Positions 57,467-59,426 of a stretch of DNA of 59,426 nucleotides are shown piece by piece. The stretch's first letter is position 1; each line of letters opens with the position of its first letter. This DNA comes from Spizellomyces punctatus DAOM BR117 (Eukaryota). The DNA lies in NCBI GenBank assembly GCA_000182565.2, contig KQ257462.1; one strand, written 5' to 3'. Under the pieces are notes generated by a model, which saw only the letters and a list, made by a program, of their open reading frames with translations, did no database searches and was not told the origin of the DNA. The position numbers were made by a program, and so were the translations under genes.

Positions 57467-59426
57467 ATGGGGCGGTTAGTGCAGATTGAGGTGGAAAACT
57501 TCAAGTCCTATCGGGGTCAGCAAACTATTGGCCCATTTTATAACTTCACGTCGGTCATAGGACCTAATGGTTCCGGTATGCAGCAGCCTTTAGCTAACGG
57601 CCAGGGCATTCGGCTGGAACTAGACGCTGAGCATGTACATTCCATTTGTAATAGGCAAATCCAATCTGATGGACGCAATTAGTTTCGTGCTTGGCGTCAA
57701 GTCCACACAACTACGATCCGCACAGCTGAGGGAGCTTATATATCGGAGTGGGCGAGGAGCAGCAGAGAAGCAAGGGGGTAATGGAGGTGGCGAGGAAGAG
57801 CCAAAGCGAGCCTACGTGTGCGCAGAATATGAAACTTCCGATGGGGGCACTTTGCGCTTCATGCGAATGTTAGTCTTCGGTTCCGGAGACGACAGTTATG
57901 TTGTGGCTACTGCATCCTTCTGAATTATCCTTCCCTTTCAGTGTCACATCATCGGGAACCAGTGAATACAAGATCAATGATAAAAGTGTTCCTTTCGCAA
58001 AATATAGTGCGACCTTGGAGGAAGAAAACATCCTCATCAAAGCAAAGAACTTCCTGGTTTTTCAGGTATGAAGAAGATGCTCCTGGGAACCAGAGCCGAT
58101 TGTGAACCTTTATATCTAGGGAGATGTTGAGGCTGTCGCATCCCAGTCGCCGAAAGATCTAACTCGATTACTGGAACAAATTAGCGGGTAGGTAAGACTT
58201 GGGATTTGTCTATCCTCATCAATCCTGACTATTGACGACTCATGAGCAGCTCCCTCGAACTTAAGGCTGAATATGAGAGGCTGAAAGCACTGCAGGAGAT
58301 GGCAACGGAAAATTCGGCTGATAGTTTTGTTAAAAAACGTGGTGTTACCGCCGAAATGAAACAGTTCAAAGAGCAAAAGGAAGAGGCAGAACGGTTTGAC
58401 AAGCTACAAAAGCAGCGGGTAGGATACCCAGTCATATAACGATGCTCTTGCTTGATGCTCACTCCTGCACTTAGGCACAGCAACTCGCTACCTATTTGGT
58501 ATGGAAGCTCTATCACCTCAATAAAAACATTGAAGTCCTTGAGGCGGAGATCGATCAAGAAAGAGGAGCGTCACAACATTCGGAGGAGCAAATGGTAAGC
58601 GATGTTACCGTGAAGAGACACCCGCAGTCACTGAGTTAGGCCAATGTTTCCAATTTAGAGAGACTTGGAAACTCAACTCAAGGATGCCAAGCGTCAGCAA
58701 GCAAGGACAAACAAAGACCTTATGCGATTGGAGAAACATATCCACGAAAAGACGAAACAAATGGAGGACATGGTTAGTGTATGTGTTACTAGACATACCG
58801 GCTCGTGTGACTGAAGGACGCCTTTTCTCCAGAAACCTGTACTGCTCCGCCTAGACGAAAAGATTCGCCATGGAAACAAAAAGCTCAGGACAGCAGACGA
58901 AAATATTTCCAAGGCCAGGGCAGAGCATGAACGCGAGGTATACCGCAATGCTGTCAACTCTGTGGCCTACATGTCATAATCCATTTTCGGCCCTAGACCG
59001 TTATTATCCGTGATCTGCAGAAAGATTACGAACAGCTTACTAAGGCGTTAGCAAAGTATGAAGGTACTGTAAGCGTATCGTCAAGACTGGTACGTCTCAA
59101 TTCTAACATTGTTTGCAGAAAATCTTCGCAAACGTAGAGCCGAGGAAGGGCGATCTCTTGACGAGGCACAGTTAGCAGAATATAATCAGAGGTTGGGCCT
59201 TTTATCTTTCTTCAATGCAAGCTTATTCTTATCTTTATGTGTCTGATAATAGAAAAAATGAAGTCCGGCGCCGAACCTTTGCGTTTCAGCAGGAACTCAC
59301 CAATCTGCAACGTCAAAAGAAAACTGTAGTAGAAGCAAAGTTGCGACTGGAGGAGAATGTAAGCGGAGTACAGAATCGTAAACAGGTTTTAGAAGAAGAG
59401 GAAAGACTGCTTACGGAGCGGCAAGA
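57467..59426 (+). CDS. SMC1: Cohesin subunit SMC1, 5' part (runs off the window)
   Basis: [17 protein letters not shown], Walker [48 protein letters not shown], then coiled coil. Confidence 0.96.

Overview
Gene-dense, intron-rich eukaryotic DNA with short (mostly 50-90 nt) GT-AG introns, so the ORF track shows only exon fragments. I assembled about 29 protein-coding genes by hand. The co-occurrence of fungal-type genes (BRR6/BRL1, TSC10, a MetR/CYS-3-like bZIP), a flagellar gene (CFAP100), cobalamin-dependent methionine synthase and a U12-type intron points to a zoosporic, early-diverging fungus (chytrid-like; inference, not verified). Most genes are housekeeping: CAP1, MAGO, APM1, SmF, EDC3, MCU, U1C, MCCC2, ERV29, SPT16, GOT1, TRAPPC12, UBC13, SMC1. 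The standout is a six-exon gene at 6825-9347 encoding a ~729-aa signal-anchored fusion of a prokaryotic-type aminopropyltransferase, a prokaryotic-type AdoMet decarboxylase and a SET/post-SET methyltransferase. It recalls the fusions proposed for long-chain polyamine synthesis in diatoms, but its first two domains have degenerate active sites. Other notable items: a minor-spliceosome intron in APM1, a Chp1/TASOR-like SPOC-PIN protein, an arrestin-2xSH3 protein, a Cdc123/R2K-like ATP-grasp, a truncated carrier-like protein and a 26-exon MCCC2 with a 6-nt microexon. I found no CRISPR array, rRNA, convincing tRNA or transposon. Family assignments rest on recalled motifs, not database searches, and exon boundaries are manual.
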